DNA from: a virus
Lineage: Duplodnaviria; Caudoviricetes
Length of the DNA stretch: 40,485 bases
Reading direction: 5' to 3' (one strand)
Virus record (IMG/VR): IMGVR_UViG_3300032321_001059
Coordinates: 1-40,485 of that record
The notes below the pieces were generated by a model that was not told where the DNA came from, searched no databases, and saw only the letters and a program-made list of their open reading frames with translations. This document shows positions 26,275 through 35,251 of the stretch, one piece after another (position 1 is the stretch's first letter; each line of letters begins with the position of its first letter). The translations under genes were made by a program, and so were the position numbers.

Positions 26275-27303
26275 TTAGTTGAACAGAGCTTCGGAGACGT
26301 AATCTGCAAGATCATCGATCCTGCCGCTCATAACTCTGTCCTTTGCCGCTTTAGAAACGGCGCCTTTGGTAGAAGTTTTCGGTGAACTGATCGGGTTCGC
26401 TGGGGTAGGTGTTTTTGCGAGCTTGTTAGACGAGACTTTCTTTGACGCTGCGGCTTTTGCGTTGGACGCTGCCTGCTTTGCCATGAGCTGCTGCTCACCG
26501 TACAAAGCCAAGCCGACCCAGTATTCATTCTGCGGGAGCCTCAATAGCTCCGGCGCTTGCTTGATGGTCGCTTGGTACGCTTGGTTGAGCGCGCTGCCTT
26601 TCTTGAAGAGGTCGGGGAACAGGTTCTTCGCTGCTTCGACTGCTGGCTGCCTCTGAGAGAGCCATTCGCGTCGAGCGGGAGCATGCACTGTCAAGACGTC
26701 GTCTGCGCGAATCAGGTAATTTTTTACCTCATCGGCGTCAACGTAGACCTCGCTGCCGTCCGGTTTACGCACGGTGGCGCCGTCTGTGTTGCGCAGCGCC
26801 CAGCGGCGAACTTCCTGAGCGCTCTTGATTTTCGCATCAAGCGCATCAGCGGTATCGACGTCGGCGAGCGGGTTCTCCGCGCTAGGCTGCAGGATCGGGC
26901 GCGAAGCCTCATTGACCTGCGATTCCAGCTCGGCGAGGCGCTTTTGGGCTTCCTCGTATTGGCTTTTGACGGTTGCGGCTTCTTCGGCTGCGGCTTTCTT
27001 TTGCGCCGTCAGCTTGTTGATGCGCTTCTGGACGTTGTCCGGTGATGGCGCTTCGCCTGCCTCGTCTTCGCTGTCTTCGGAATCTTCCGAGTCGCCAGAC
27101 TCTTCTGTGCTGTCCTCTTCGGAGGTTTCCTCGGTGTTCTCCTCGGTCTCCTCTTCGTTTGTCTCGTCTTGTAAAAGATCGTCGGCGTCAGCCGACTCCA
27201 CTGCTTCCAGTTTCTGCTCCGGCATAACGCCAGACAGCTCCTGTATCGCTAGTGAAACTACATCTATCCCTGCGTCATCAGACGCCACTTTCCCTTCCGC
27301 CAT
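26275..27303 (-). CDS. Capsid scaffolding protein
   Basis: Highly acidic N-terminus, VQKRINKLTAQKK coiled coil, precedes the capsid gene; GGAGG SD. Confidence 0.8.
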   Translation of the reverse strand: MAEGKVASDDAGIDVVSLAIQELSGVMPEQKLEAVESADADDLLQDETNEEETEENTEETSEEDSTEESGDSEDSEDSEDEAGEAPSPDNVQKRINKLTAQKKAAAEEAATVKSQYEEAQKRLAELESQVNEASRPILQPSAENPLADVDTADALDAKIKSAQEVRRWALRNTDGATVRKPDGSEVYVDADEVKNYLIRADDVLTVHAPARREWLSQRQPAVEAAKNLFPDLFKKGSALNQAYQATIKQAPELLRLPQNEYWVGLALYGEQQLMAKQAASNAKAAASKKVSSNKLAKTPTPANPISSPKTSTKGAVSKAAKDRVMSGRIDDLADYVSEALFN

Positions 27304-27392
27304 GGATTAACCTCCAAGTAGTGCCAGAGAGTTCGTCTCTCAGTCCGATCAACACCCAGCGCCATGAGGGCGCACTCCACGTTGATATATCT

Positions 27393-27421
27393 AGTATTGG
27401 ACAAATGCGGACAAATGTCCA
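27393..27421 (-). promoter_or_regulatory. Structural-operon promoter with GTCC boxes
   Basis: Minus strand TGGACA-17-AATACT; spacer TTTGTCCGCATTTGTCC differs from the xis promoter spacer at one base. Confidence 0.6.
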
Positions 27422-27715
27422 GCGGTATTTTCCAGAGCGGCTAAGTCTCGTTGTAGGAGACTACTCCGTTATGGCGTGCAAAGACATTTGCGGAGAGGTG
27501 CACACAAGATTGCCCGCCGTTATATTCAATGTGTGGTCACCTTTTGTGCGGTGTTGTTGTGACAAAGCGTATGCACTTGTTCACAAGTAATGACGCTTTG
27601 CGGCAACCCGCAAGAAATACTTGTGAGTTGCCGAGGGGGAACATGGCTTTACACTAAGCCGGTTAGTGTCGCTGGATGCGTACATTATCGGGTGGCTTGA
27701 ACTACGGCGCAGAAA

Positions 27716-28000
27716 CTACTCCACCCGATGCGACTCCGCGCGTCGTGCTTCGAGCGCGTCCCACAGTTCCTGCAGCGCGCAGAGCTGACCGGCAGCGTGT
27801 GCGAGATATCCGCCCTCCTTCGAGGTTGCCATCGTGCTGCACAGCGTGACGGCGTCGGCGATGCGGTCCTGCAGTTCCGTCATCACGGCCAAGTAGGCAT
27901 TGGGCGCCTGCTCGCGGCTGAAGGCGAGGGCGCCCTTGGGGTCGTAGTTGTCGGACACGGCATAGCGGTCCACCGGTATGGTTTTGGTTTTTGTGAACAT
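27716..28000 (-). CDS. Hypothetical protein (94 aa)
   Basis: MFTKTKT...; HAAGQLCALQEL helical motif. Confidence 0.6.
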   Translation of the reverse strand: MFTKTKTIPVDRYAVSDNYDPKGALAFSREQAPNAYLAVMTELQDRIADAVTLCSTMATSKEGGYLAHAAGQLCALQELWDALEARRAESHRVE

Positions 28001-28031
28001 AAGGTGTTTGCTGTTTGCGAATGGCGAATGG

Positions 28032-28238
28032 TTAGATCCAGAAGGGATACATGGCCCTGTTGGCCACGATGACGTGCGGGCCGCACTCGCGGCAGATGGG
28101 GCCGAGCTGTTCGTCCACTCCATGGACGTCCTCGATACGAAGCCGCTTAGAACACACCCCACAGCGCGGCGGCTCTTTGCTGCGTCCTCGCCATGGCCTC
28201 GCGCGCGGCGGCGGTGGGATGACTCCGGTCGGCGCCAT
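28032..28238 (-). CDS. Small Zn-finger-like protein
   Basis: CGVC...CREC; overlaps the TerL stop. Confidence 0.5.
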   Translation of the reverse strand: MAPTGVIPPPPRARPWRGRSKEPPRCGVCSKRLRIEDVHGVDEQLGPICRECGPHVIVANRAMYPFWI

Positions 28239-29869
28239 TAGTAGCCGCCTCCTCCGCGGGACATCAGCGTCTCGCCGTCCACGTTTCCGGCGCCGGAGAG
28301 CGCGACAAATTTAAGGCAGTCTACCGGATCTTTCGTGGCACCCTTTTTGCCGTCCGCGCCGGTAAATGTCGCCAGTGCATAAATCGTGTTCTTGCAGCGC
28401 TCGGAGATGTAGAGCTTTGGCTGGTTGAGAGCGTTGACCGGCTGCTCAGGGTTGTAGTGCAGCATGGAGTTCACCATGGCGACGCCCTCGTCAATTGAGT
28501 CGGCCGGTGCGGCGAGGAAGTCCACACCCAGCTCGCCCATTTCATCGATCAGGGTCGTCGGCATCTCGCGCGCGAGCGTCGGCGCGTTACCGAAGCGACT
28601 GTCCATGTACCTCTCGAAGATCTTCTCGCCGTTTTCGACGCGCTTGATCTCCTCGACGTATCTTTGCAAGCCGAACCCGAAGTCGCTCTGCGCCGGTCCC
28701 GCTTTGCCGTCCATCTTCTTGCCGTCCGGCAGCGCCCACTCGCCTGCGTAGCCAATTGATGGGATGTAGTCGTCCATGCTTGGCCACTCGCGGTATATGA
28801 TGCAGCGACCGGCCGAATCGTGGACGGACCAGAGCTGAAACCAGTTTCTGCCGCTGGCCGGATCTACCCAGTGATACCGCGTACCCTCCGGCACGTCGCT
28901 GTGCCTGATTACGTGGACCTTCTCGTTGAATAGGGGGAAGCGGCCGGAGATTGCCTTGGTCGGCACGCCGTAAGCACGGCACAGTATCTTCTCGCGCGTC
29001 TCATTCTGCAGCTCCTTGCGCATTCTCGTCCATCCGGCCCAAGGATTGTTGCGCGTGTGGAAGTATAGTATGGGACGGTTTCGCGTGCTCATCTGCACGA
29101 TTGGCACTTGCTCGTATCCGGTGATGATTTGCTCGCCGTCCTTCTCCGCGCGCTTCGGAAGCAGCTCGGCGTCGGTCTCTTCAACCGTTTTTGCGCCGTT
29201 CAAGTAGCTTGCGACGGTCGGGCTATACCCCTGCACCGGCGTAAACGTCACCGCGAGCCGCCCATTGCGGTCAATGAGTCGAAATCGCAACGTGTCTAGG
29301 AGGTCAAGACCGACCAGCTCGTCGCAAACGGCCATGTCCAGCTCCGCGCCTTCTATGACACTCAAATCCTGTGCGTAATTTTTGAAGCAGCAGATACTGC
29401 CATTGGGACTCACGAACTTGGCCTCCGAGAAACCGTTTTTGACCGTGTAGCTGATGTTGGTGACCTGAGTTTTGCGCGCGTTGCGCCACTCAGGGGGCAT
29501 AAATTTCCAAAGGCGCGGCTGCTGCGACTCGATGCTGGTCGCGGAGGTCTCGGCAAAGCACCAGACGACGGCTCCGGCCTTGCTGTGCATCAATTTAATG
29601 ACTTCCTTCGCCGCCCATTCCGTTTTTCCGCTGCGGTTTCCGCCTAGAACAAGCAGCTCTCGGTGTTTATCGAGGAGTTCGCTGGCCTTTTTCCACAGCG
29701 GCGGCACATAACCAAAGCGGAACGGATCGCTCGCCTCGCGCGCAATCAGCTCTTCCCTCGTTTTGAGATACTGCCAGCCTTCCTCCGGCCCCAATTTGCT
29801 CAGAAGATCGGTGTCGATCTTCATGACAGGGTGCTCGGTCGGCTGAAACCGTTGTTTCTGTTCGTTCAC
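28238..29869 (-). CDS. terL: Terminase large subunit
   Basis: Walker A GGNRSGKT, Walker B VCDE, TFTP motif, nuclease VDPAS...KDPVDCLKF. Confidence 0.93.
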   Translation of the reverse strand: MNEQKQRFQPTEHPVMKIDTDLLSKLGPEEGWQYLKTREELIAREASDPFRFGYVPPLWKKASELLDKHRELLVLGGNRSGKTEWAAKEVIKLMHSKAGAVVWCFAETSATSIESQQPRLWKFMPPEWRNARKTQVTNISYTVKNGFSEAKFVSPNGSICCFKNYAQDLSVIEGAELDMAVCDELVGLDLLDTLRFRLIDRNGRLAVTFTPVQGYSPTVASYLNGAKTVEETDAELLPKRAEKDGEQIITGYEQVPIVQMSTRNRPILYFHTRNNPWAGWTRMRKELQNETREKILCRAYGVPTKAISGRFPLFNEKVHVIRHSDVPEGTRYHWVDPASGRNWFQLWSVHDSAGRCIIYREWPSMDDYIPSIGYAGEWALPDGKKMDGKAGPAQSDFGFGLQRYVEEIKRVENGEKIFERYMDSRFGNAPTLAREMPTTLIDEMGELGVDFLAAPADSIDEGVAMVNSMLHYNPEQPVNALNQPKLYISERCKNTIYALATFTGADGKKGATKDPVDCLKFVALSGAGNVDGETLMSRGGGGY

Positions 29870-29958
29870 TCCCTCTGCGCAGGCTCCGCTGCGCTCTCCC
29901 CTCTAAAATGTAATGGGCGCTGACTGGTTGACGCGCGGTCCCTCCCAGAACCGATTTG

Positions 29959-30174
29959 TTAAGCCGAGTCAGCGCCCAAAGTTGCTATGTCTAAAGTCGG
30001 ATTCTCAGAAAAATGGAACTGGTCGCTGCGAACGTGCAACGGCTGGCCGGTGGACTCCGGCACGAACGTCCAGATGTCGTTCGCCATGCCGCCCTGCGGC
30101 TGGACGTAGAGCAGCCACGCGGTGCCGACACCGGCAACTTCGGCGCGCATTGGGTATGGTGACCAGCTAATCAT
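29959..30174 (-). CDS. Hypothetical protein (71 aa)
   Basis: ORF between structured intergenic elements. Confidence 0.55.
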   Translation of the reverse strand: MISWSPYPMRAEVAGVGTAWLLYVQPQGGMANDIWTFVPESTGQPLHVRSDQFHFSENPTLDIATLGADSA

Positions 30175-30183
30175 GAGAAAAAG

Positions 30184-30375
30184 TAGAGCGGCTCCTGTTT
30201 TATGCGGTTACAGGAGCGGGGTAATGAAATGACCAGACCACAACGTCCGCCGCTTTCCCCTGCGCTCTAAAGTTTGACGGCGCCCCACTGGTCGTGCTCC
30301 GTGGGGCTGGGCATACCGGTATGTTCCGAGACACGCACCACCATGCGCGCCTGCACGAACCCGCTTTTGCCGTCA
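30184..30375 (-). ncRNA. Two tandem closed-stem structured elements (candidate ncRNAs)
   Basis: Closing stems TAGAGCG/CGCTCTA and TGACGGC/GCCGTCA with internal hairpins. Confidence 0.4.
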
Positions 30376-30381
30376 GAAAAT

Positions 30382-30537
30382 TCATTTGGATTGCTTGCGC
30401 TTGCGCATCTCCGCGCACAACGCATCCGCTTTCTTCTTTGCCGCCGCGGCGACAAGTTGGGTGCGCTGCGTTTTGAGCAGCGCGATGGTCTTGTCGATCT
30501 CTTCGATTGCGGGTGTCATAAATGTGTACTTCTCCAT
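30382..30537 (-). CDS. Small coiled-coil protein (51 aa)
   Basis: MEKYTFMTPAIEEIDK... Confidence 0.55.
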   Translation of the reverse strand: MEKYTFMTPAIEEIDKTIALLKTQRTQLVAAAAKKKADALCAEMRKRKQSK

Positions 30538-30545
30538 AAAGTCAC

Positions 30546-30701
30546 TTAGGGCTGGCCGTTCACGCAGATGTAGAGGAAGCCAAAATTTGAAAAACTGTAT
30601 CCGGCAAATGCAAGGGCGAGACCGGCGTTTCCCTCGCGCCAAAAGCCCACCGCGGTGATGAGGTAGCAGATGGTCGTGATGACGAGCGGGGTGAAAGTCA
30701 T
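30546..30701 (-). CDS. Small membrane protein (51 aa), absent from the ORF track
   Basis: MTFTPLVITTICYLITAVGFW...; ATGA overlap. Confidence 0.6.
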   Translation of the reverse strand: MTFTPLVITTICYLITAVGFWREGNAGLALAFAGYSFSNFGFLYICVNGQP

Positions 30702-31189
30702 TTGACGGTCTCCGTTAGCTCCTCGAACGCGCGCAGCGGTCCTCGATACCAGTAAGCTGGTCGTCCGCTGCCTGTCTCAAGCCATTGAGGCTGCTTGGCT
30801 TCGTGGCCGTATGCCCATCCGCGGATCATGAAACCCTTCATGGGATCACAGACGACTAGCACATAGCGCCTCGCGGGATCGTCGTTGTCGCGCACGATCA
30901 GGGCGCCGTTGAGGTAGACCGTGCTGCGAACCTCGATGTCGTCGCCAACGTCGGCCCGCCTGTGAAATGTGTTCGTCGCGGGCAGATAGGTTTTGTCGAA
31001 CCTGCGGCCGACAACGATCTCGGCGAGAATGCCGCCAACTTCGTCTGCCATGATTTTGCAGTAATCTCTTTCAATTGTGGTCGCCGCGTTCAGCTTCATG
31101 ACTCGCGCTTCGAGCCAGCGTAGCTCGGCGATTTTGATGGCCTCCATCAGCGTGGTGAGGCGGAAGGGTTTAAGGACGACGTCGCTCAT
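30698..31189 (-). CDS. PD-(D/E)XK-like protein (163 aa)
   Basis: GILAE...ADVGDDIEVRST pattern. Confidence 0.55.
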   Translation of the reverse strand: MSDVVLKPFRLTTLMEAIKIAELRWLEARVMKLNAATTIERDYCKIMADEVGGILAEIVVGRRFDKTYLPATNTFHRRADVGDDIEVRSTVYLNGALIVRDNDDPARRYVLVVCDPMKGFMIRGWAYGHEAKQPQWLETGSGRPAYWYRGPLRAFEELTETVK

Positions 31190-31434
31190 TCCATGACCCT
31201 CCTCCATTTGTCGCGCCACATGCTGCGCGATATAACTCCGGCAGCTTCCGCCACAGCCTCTTCGCTCAGGTGAGGGAAAACGTCGTGGAGCAGCTCATGG
31301 ACAATGGTGTCCATCTCATCCACGCCGCTTTGCCGCAGGTCGATATACACGCGACCATCGCCGAGAGTTAAGCCGTCAGCTTTTTCGCGCCCCAACTTTC
31401 GGCGAATGATCGCTATGTATTTCCTGCGGGGCAT
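31186..31434 (-). CDS. Small zincin-like (HExxH) protein (82 aa)
   Basis: TIVHELLH...SEEAV. Confidence 0.65.
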   Translation of the reverse strand: MPRRKYIAIIRRKLGREKADGLTLGDGRVYIDLRQSGVDEMDTIVHELLHDVFPHLSEEAVAEAAGVISRSMWRDKWRRVME

Positions 31435-31718
31435 CAGGCTCTGTCGTTGCACTCGGCGCCGCACGCAGCGTAGCCAGCGATATCGATCCAATTGTCCGGT
31501 TTGGGGCGGTGCGCTTGGCGGGCGAGCTTGACGCACACCATGAGCGCGGCGATGTCACCGGCCGTCACTTGAACGGTGTAGCCGTTGCTTCGCGTCAGGT
31601 ATGCGCTGATCATGGCGGCTTGCGTTGTGAAGTCCTCGATGGGTGAGCCGTAGTCCTCGTTGCGCGGCCCGCAAACGGCGGACGCTGCAGCGTCTAGTGT
31701 TTCTTTTGCTGTTCTCAT
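31434..31718 (-). CDS. DUF6378-like protein (94 aa)
   Basis: R..DYGSP..F...KLAR...DNWIDIAGYA motif. Confidence 0.75.
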   Translation of the reverse strand: MRTAKETLDAAASAVCGPRNEDYGSPIEDFTTQAAMISAYLTRSNGYTVQVTAGDIAALMVCVKLARQAHRPKPDNWIDIAGYAACGAECNDRA

Positions 31719-32485
31719 CAGGCGGCTTTCTTGTAGCGAAGCGTTTTGTAGTGAAGGTTGAGGCGAGCCTCGAACAGCTCCCACTCGTTGTCCGAAGAGA
31801 ACATCCACTCGATGCTGTGATCGTTGGCCTTCTCCTTGCCGATGCGAACGACCGCGCGGCGCTGAACACGTTGGTCCGGCCGGTTCTCATTCCATAAGCG
31901 CTCATAGGCTGCGAGCTGCAGTTTCTGGCTCAGGTAGATGCCGCTCGATGTCTTCCAGTCGAGCAACACGATGCGGCCCTGTTTGTCTACGGACGGAGCG
32001 TCAATCGTTCCGCCGAATAGATGCGCCTCGCTGACGAGCTGCACCTCCGGCTCTAGCACAGTGAGACCCTGCTCTTCCCAGAAGGACAGAAAGTTGGCGA
32101 ACGCGATGTCCGCTTTCTCGATGTCCGCGGGAGCAAACTCCGAGAGGTCCGGCTCCCAGCCATGGAAGAAGCACTCGATCTTGAAGTGAGTGATCGTCCC
32201 GATGTCGGCCGCGCGGTCGCGCACCTTGCGGTAGTCTTGGTTCTTGTTGCCGAGACCCCATGCCCAGTGGATCAAGTTGGATTGATCGTCACCGATCTTA
32301 GAGATAGTCGAGGCGCCAACCACCTGCGTGCCGTCTTTGAGGATATACTTTTGGTGCGCCTTCAGTTTCTCCAGACGTACGATCTTGCGACCGTCCGCGG
32401 TGAAGCGCTCCGGCGCAGGCTCCGCAGCCTTGGCCGAAGGGGAGCGGCGTTTTGCCGCCCCCCCTTTGCGTGCAGTGGTTGCCAT
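31718..32485 (-). CDS. PD-(D/E)XK exonuclease (RecB/Cas4-like)
   Basis: GTITH, GGTIDA, LLDWKTS, LQLAAY motifs. Confidence 0.85.
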   Translation of the reverse strand: MATTARKGGAAKRRSPSAKAAEPAPERFTADGRKIVRLEKLKAHQKYILKDGTQVVGASTISKIGDDQSNLIHWAWGLGNKNQDYRKVRDRAADIGTITHFKIECFFHGWEPDLSEFAPADIEKADIAFANFLSFWEEQGLTVLEPEVQLVSEAHLFGGTIDAPSVDKQGRIVLLDWKTSSGIYLSQKLQLAAYERLWNENRPDQRVQRRAVVRIGKEKANDHSIEWMFSSDNEWELFEARLNLHYKTLRYKKAA

Positions 32486-32487
32486 GG

Positions 32488-33057
32488 CTACCACTCGACT
32501 TCTTCGTTGTTGGTTCCGGTGCGGACAACCTGCTTGGGCGCCTCAGTCACCTCGAAGCCGTAAGCCTGCGCGCTGCCGCCGCTGCTCCAAGTCACCAGAT
32601 CCAAAATCTGGACTGCCTTGGGCTGGAGGGTGATTCCGGCTCCGAGCGACGCGGTGTACCAAAAATATGGCACCACAGCGACCTTGAGCTTGCTGCCGCC
32701 ACCGACGTTTTCGTTGGTGATCTGACCGGCCGCGTCGAACAGCTTCGGAGCGCGGCTGTAGGTCTCGCCGTCCTTGCCCTTGCCGACCGCTTTGACTTTC
32801 AACTTGAGCTGCACCAGTCCGTCGTTCTCGCTCCACGGCGCCGCGTGAATCTTGAGCGTGTCCTTTTTCAGCTCGCGCTTTTTGTCGGCGACGAACTCGG
32901 AAAACATGGCCTCGATCTGCTTGAGAAACGGCTCCGCGTCTTCGGCGGACATTTCGAGGTCAACTTTGTATTGGCCCTCCTCGCTGAACTTAGTGTCAGG
33001 CGAGTTGAGTCTGGGATAGCGAGCGACGCCCGCGGGTGTGGTCAGGGTTTTATTCAT
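32488..33057 (-). CDS. ssb: T7 gp2.5-like single-stranded DNA-binding protein
   Basis: TPAGVARYPRLNSPDTKF...GGSKLKV...GITLQPKAVQI; acidic tail ending in W. Confidence 0.85.
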   Translation of the reverse strand: MNKTLTTPAGVARYPRLNSPDTKFSEEGQYKVDLEMSAEDAEPFLKQIEAMFSEFVADKKRELKKDTLKIHAAPWSENDGLVQLKLKVKAVGKGKDGETYSRAPKLFDAAGQITNENVGGGSKLKVAVVPYFWYTASLGAGITLQPKAVQILDLVTWSSGGSAQAYGFEVTEAPKQVVRTGTNNEEVEW

Positions 33058-33445
33058 GTGTTTGTGGGTTTGGTGTTTTTGGTTGGATGGGAAAGTCGGA
33101 GTGGCGCATGAGGCTGCAAAAGTCGTGAAACGGCAGGGTGACCAGAGGGTTGCTGTGATCCTTGCGATGGATGACAGCAATATGCTTGCGGTCTAACTTG
33201 TCGTCCTTGGGCGTTGCGTCGCGGCATGCCTGCGAGATAGCGGCGTCCAAATCGAAACGTGCGCGACCGTGGCGCTTGCACTCGAAGTGCCAATCCGGCA
33301 AGCAAGGCACGATGACGTCAGGCGCACTGATCCCCCAAGATCCTTGGCTGACTTGCGCGCCCCGCTTTGCCGGAAAACCTTCGGCGGTCAGCGCCTTGGC
33401 GACCTCGCGCTCAAAGCTGGCGCCTTTCTGGCGGGAATTAATCAT
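33050..33445 (-). CDS. Hjc-like Holliday junction resolvase
   Basis: NSRQKGASFERE...PDV...HFECKR. Confidence 0.8.
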   Translation of the reverse strand: MINSRQKGASFEREVAKALTAEGFPAKRGAQVSQGSWGISAPDVIVPCLPDWHFECKRHGRARFDLDAAISQACRDATPKDDKLDRKHIAVIHRKDHSNPLVTLPFHDFCSLMRHSDFPIQPKTPNPQTHE

Positions 33446-34842
33446 TCGTTGATGGCCTCCCAGAGCTGCCTGTCCGGTGCGTAGACGTTGCTGCCCTCGT
33501 CGGTCAGACGCGGCGCGGTCACGATGTTGCTGACCGGCGCCTTCGCGTCGAAGCGCGTCAGGGATGGACGCCACGTCATATTGAGCGAGCCGGTTCTTCC
33601 GGCGCGGTGTTTCGCAATGATTAACTCCGCGTCCTGTGGCTCTGGCTCCTCGTCGGCGACCGCGTAGTAAGCGGGGCGATGAACGAGAGCGACCAAATCG
33701 GCATCCTGTTCTATGCTGCCGCTCTCGCGCAGATCGGAGAGTTTCGGCCGGTTGTCGGGACGGTTCTCGGCCTGACGATTAAGTTGCGCCGCGGCCACAA
33801 CCGGAACCCCCAGCTCCATGGCCATGGCTTTCAACCCGCGCGAAACAAAACCGACCTCGTTCTCGCGGCTCTTGGCGCTGCCATGGCTTACGAGTTGCAG
33901 GTAATCGACAAATACGATCTTAACGCCCCAGCGACGCACTGCGAGTCGCGCGCGTCCGCGGATGTCCAGCAAAGACATGCCGCAGCGGTCATCTATGTAC
34001 AGCGGTTCACCGGAAAAATCCAAGGCAACGGAACCAATGCGACGCTTTCCGGCCTGATCGACGAATCCATTCCGCACCAGCTCGGTGTTGGTGTTAGCGC
34101 GGGACAACACTACGCGAGCGGCTAACTCATTGGCGGGCATTTCGAGTGAGAAGTAGAGCACCGGCACCTTGCGGCGCATAAGGTTGTCCGCGATGTTCAT
34201 CATCAGCGCGCTCTTACCCATGGCCGGACGTCCGGCGATGATGCTCAACGTGCCGCCGCGGAGACCGCCGGTCACCTGATCCAGATCAGCGAAGCCGGTG
34301 CGCAGACCTAGCGTCTGCTTGTTGTCCATCAGCGCTTCCAGCTCTTCGAGGAGCGACGGCACGATGTCGGCCGCGCTGCGCATGCTGTCGGTCGGAGCGC
34401 CGAGACTAAGCGACAGGACACTCTCTCCGGCGGACTGAAGCACCTCGTCGGCGTTCGCGGCCATGTCATGCGCCGCGGCTTGCATGGCGACAGCCGCGGA
34501 GATAATGCTGCGACGGCCGTGCAGATCGCGCAGGGTTTGCGCGTGGTATTCGAGTGCGGAGAGACCGCCGCACGCTTGCAGGAGGTACTCGGTGACGGCT
34601 CCGGCGCCGCCGACAAAAACCAACTTGCCTGCCGCGTCGAGGCGCTGTGTCACCGCGATGATGTTAGGCACACCGCCGTCTGCGCGGATCTCGGTGATAG
34701 TATCGAAAATCGCGCGATGCGCAGGAGTGTAAAAAAGATCGGCGTGCAGACCGGCAACTTCATCGGCGAGCTTTGGCTCGGCCATGAGCGTGCCGAGCAC
34801 AGCCTTCTCGGTGTTTGGACTTTGTGGGGTGGTGGTTTTCAT
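33442..34842 (-). CDS. dnaB: Replicative DNA helicase
   Basis: GRPAMGKS, SLEM, VDYLQL, AQLNR, DLRESGSIEQDAD, KHRAG. Confidence 0.96.
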   Translation of the reverse strand: MKTTTPQSPNTEKAVLGTLMAEPKLADEVAGLHADLFYTPAHRAIFDTITEIRADGGVPNIIAVTQRLDAAGKLVFVGGAGAVTEYLLQACGGLSALEYHAQTLRDLHGRRSIISAAVAMQAAAHDMAANADEVLQSAGESVLSLSLGAPTDSMRSAADIVPSLLEELEALMDNKQTLGLRTGFADLDQVTGGLRGGTLSIIAGRPAMGKSALMMNIADNLMRRKVPVLYFSLEMPANELAARVVLSRANTNTELVRNGFVDQAGKRRIGSVALDFSGEPLYIDDRCGMSLLDIRGRARLAVRRWGVKIVFVDYLQLVSHGSAKSRENEVGFVSRGLKAMAMELGVPVVAAAQLNRQAENRPDNRPKLSDLRESGSIEQDADLVALVHRPAYYAVADEEPEPQDAELIIAKHRAGRTGSLNMTWRPSLTRFDAKAPVSNIVTAPRLTDEGSNVYAPDRQLWEAINE

Positions 34843-34860
34843 ACAAAGTTGTCGTCGTCG

Positions 34861-35067
34861 TCACTCGCCGCCAGCGCTGCTAGAACCAGCAGAGCGAGGA
34901 GCGTTAGGTAGATGATCGTTTGCACCGGACTCATTGCGCTCCCTCCGGCGCTGCCGCATTTCGTAGCGTCGCTGCAACCAGCGGTCGCACGCTTCGTCCA
35001 CCGCTATGACATCTTCTGCAACGTGGGGCCATACGCTTCGTAAAGTTTGCTTAAGTTCAGTTCGCAT
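34861..35067 (-). CDS. Hypothetical protein
   Basis: ORF upstream of dnaB. Confidence 0.45.
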   Translation of the reverse strand: MRTELKQTLRSVWPHVAEDVIAVDEACDRWLQRRYEMRQRRRERNESGANDHLPNAPRSAGSSSAGGE

Positions 35068-35251
35068 AGGCTGCCGTTTCTACGTCACTCGGCGTGGTGG
35101 CAGCCGTGGGTTCTGGGTGAGGGCAAGTGTGTACAAATGCGGACATTGGGGCAACAACTTTTAAGCGTTTTCTGCAAAAAATTTCATCCCAGTTTTCGCG
35201 GTATTTTTGGCCGTCTATCGGCCGCGGGGCGTCGCCCTTTCCGGCGCTCAC
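35057..35251 (-). CDS. Hypothetical protein (GKGDAPRP...KYRENWDEIF)
   Basis: GTG start overlapping the upstream stop. Confidence 0.5.
   Translation of the reverse strand: MSAGKGDAPRPIDGQKYRENWDEIFCRKRLKVVAPMSAFVHTCPHPEPTAATTPSDVETAAYAN
35121..35154 (-). promoter_or_regulatory. Candidate promoter upstream of the dnaB block with degenerate GTCC boxes
   Basis: TTGCCC-17-CACACT; spacer contains TGTCCGCATTTGTA. Confidence 0.45.

Noticed and set aside
31718-32485. CRISPR-associated cas4
   Set aside because: No Fe-S cysteine cluster; context is phage recombination
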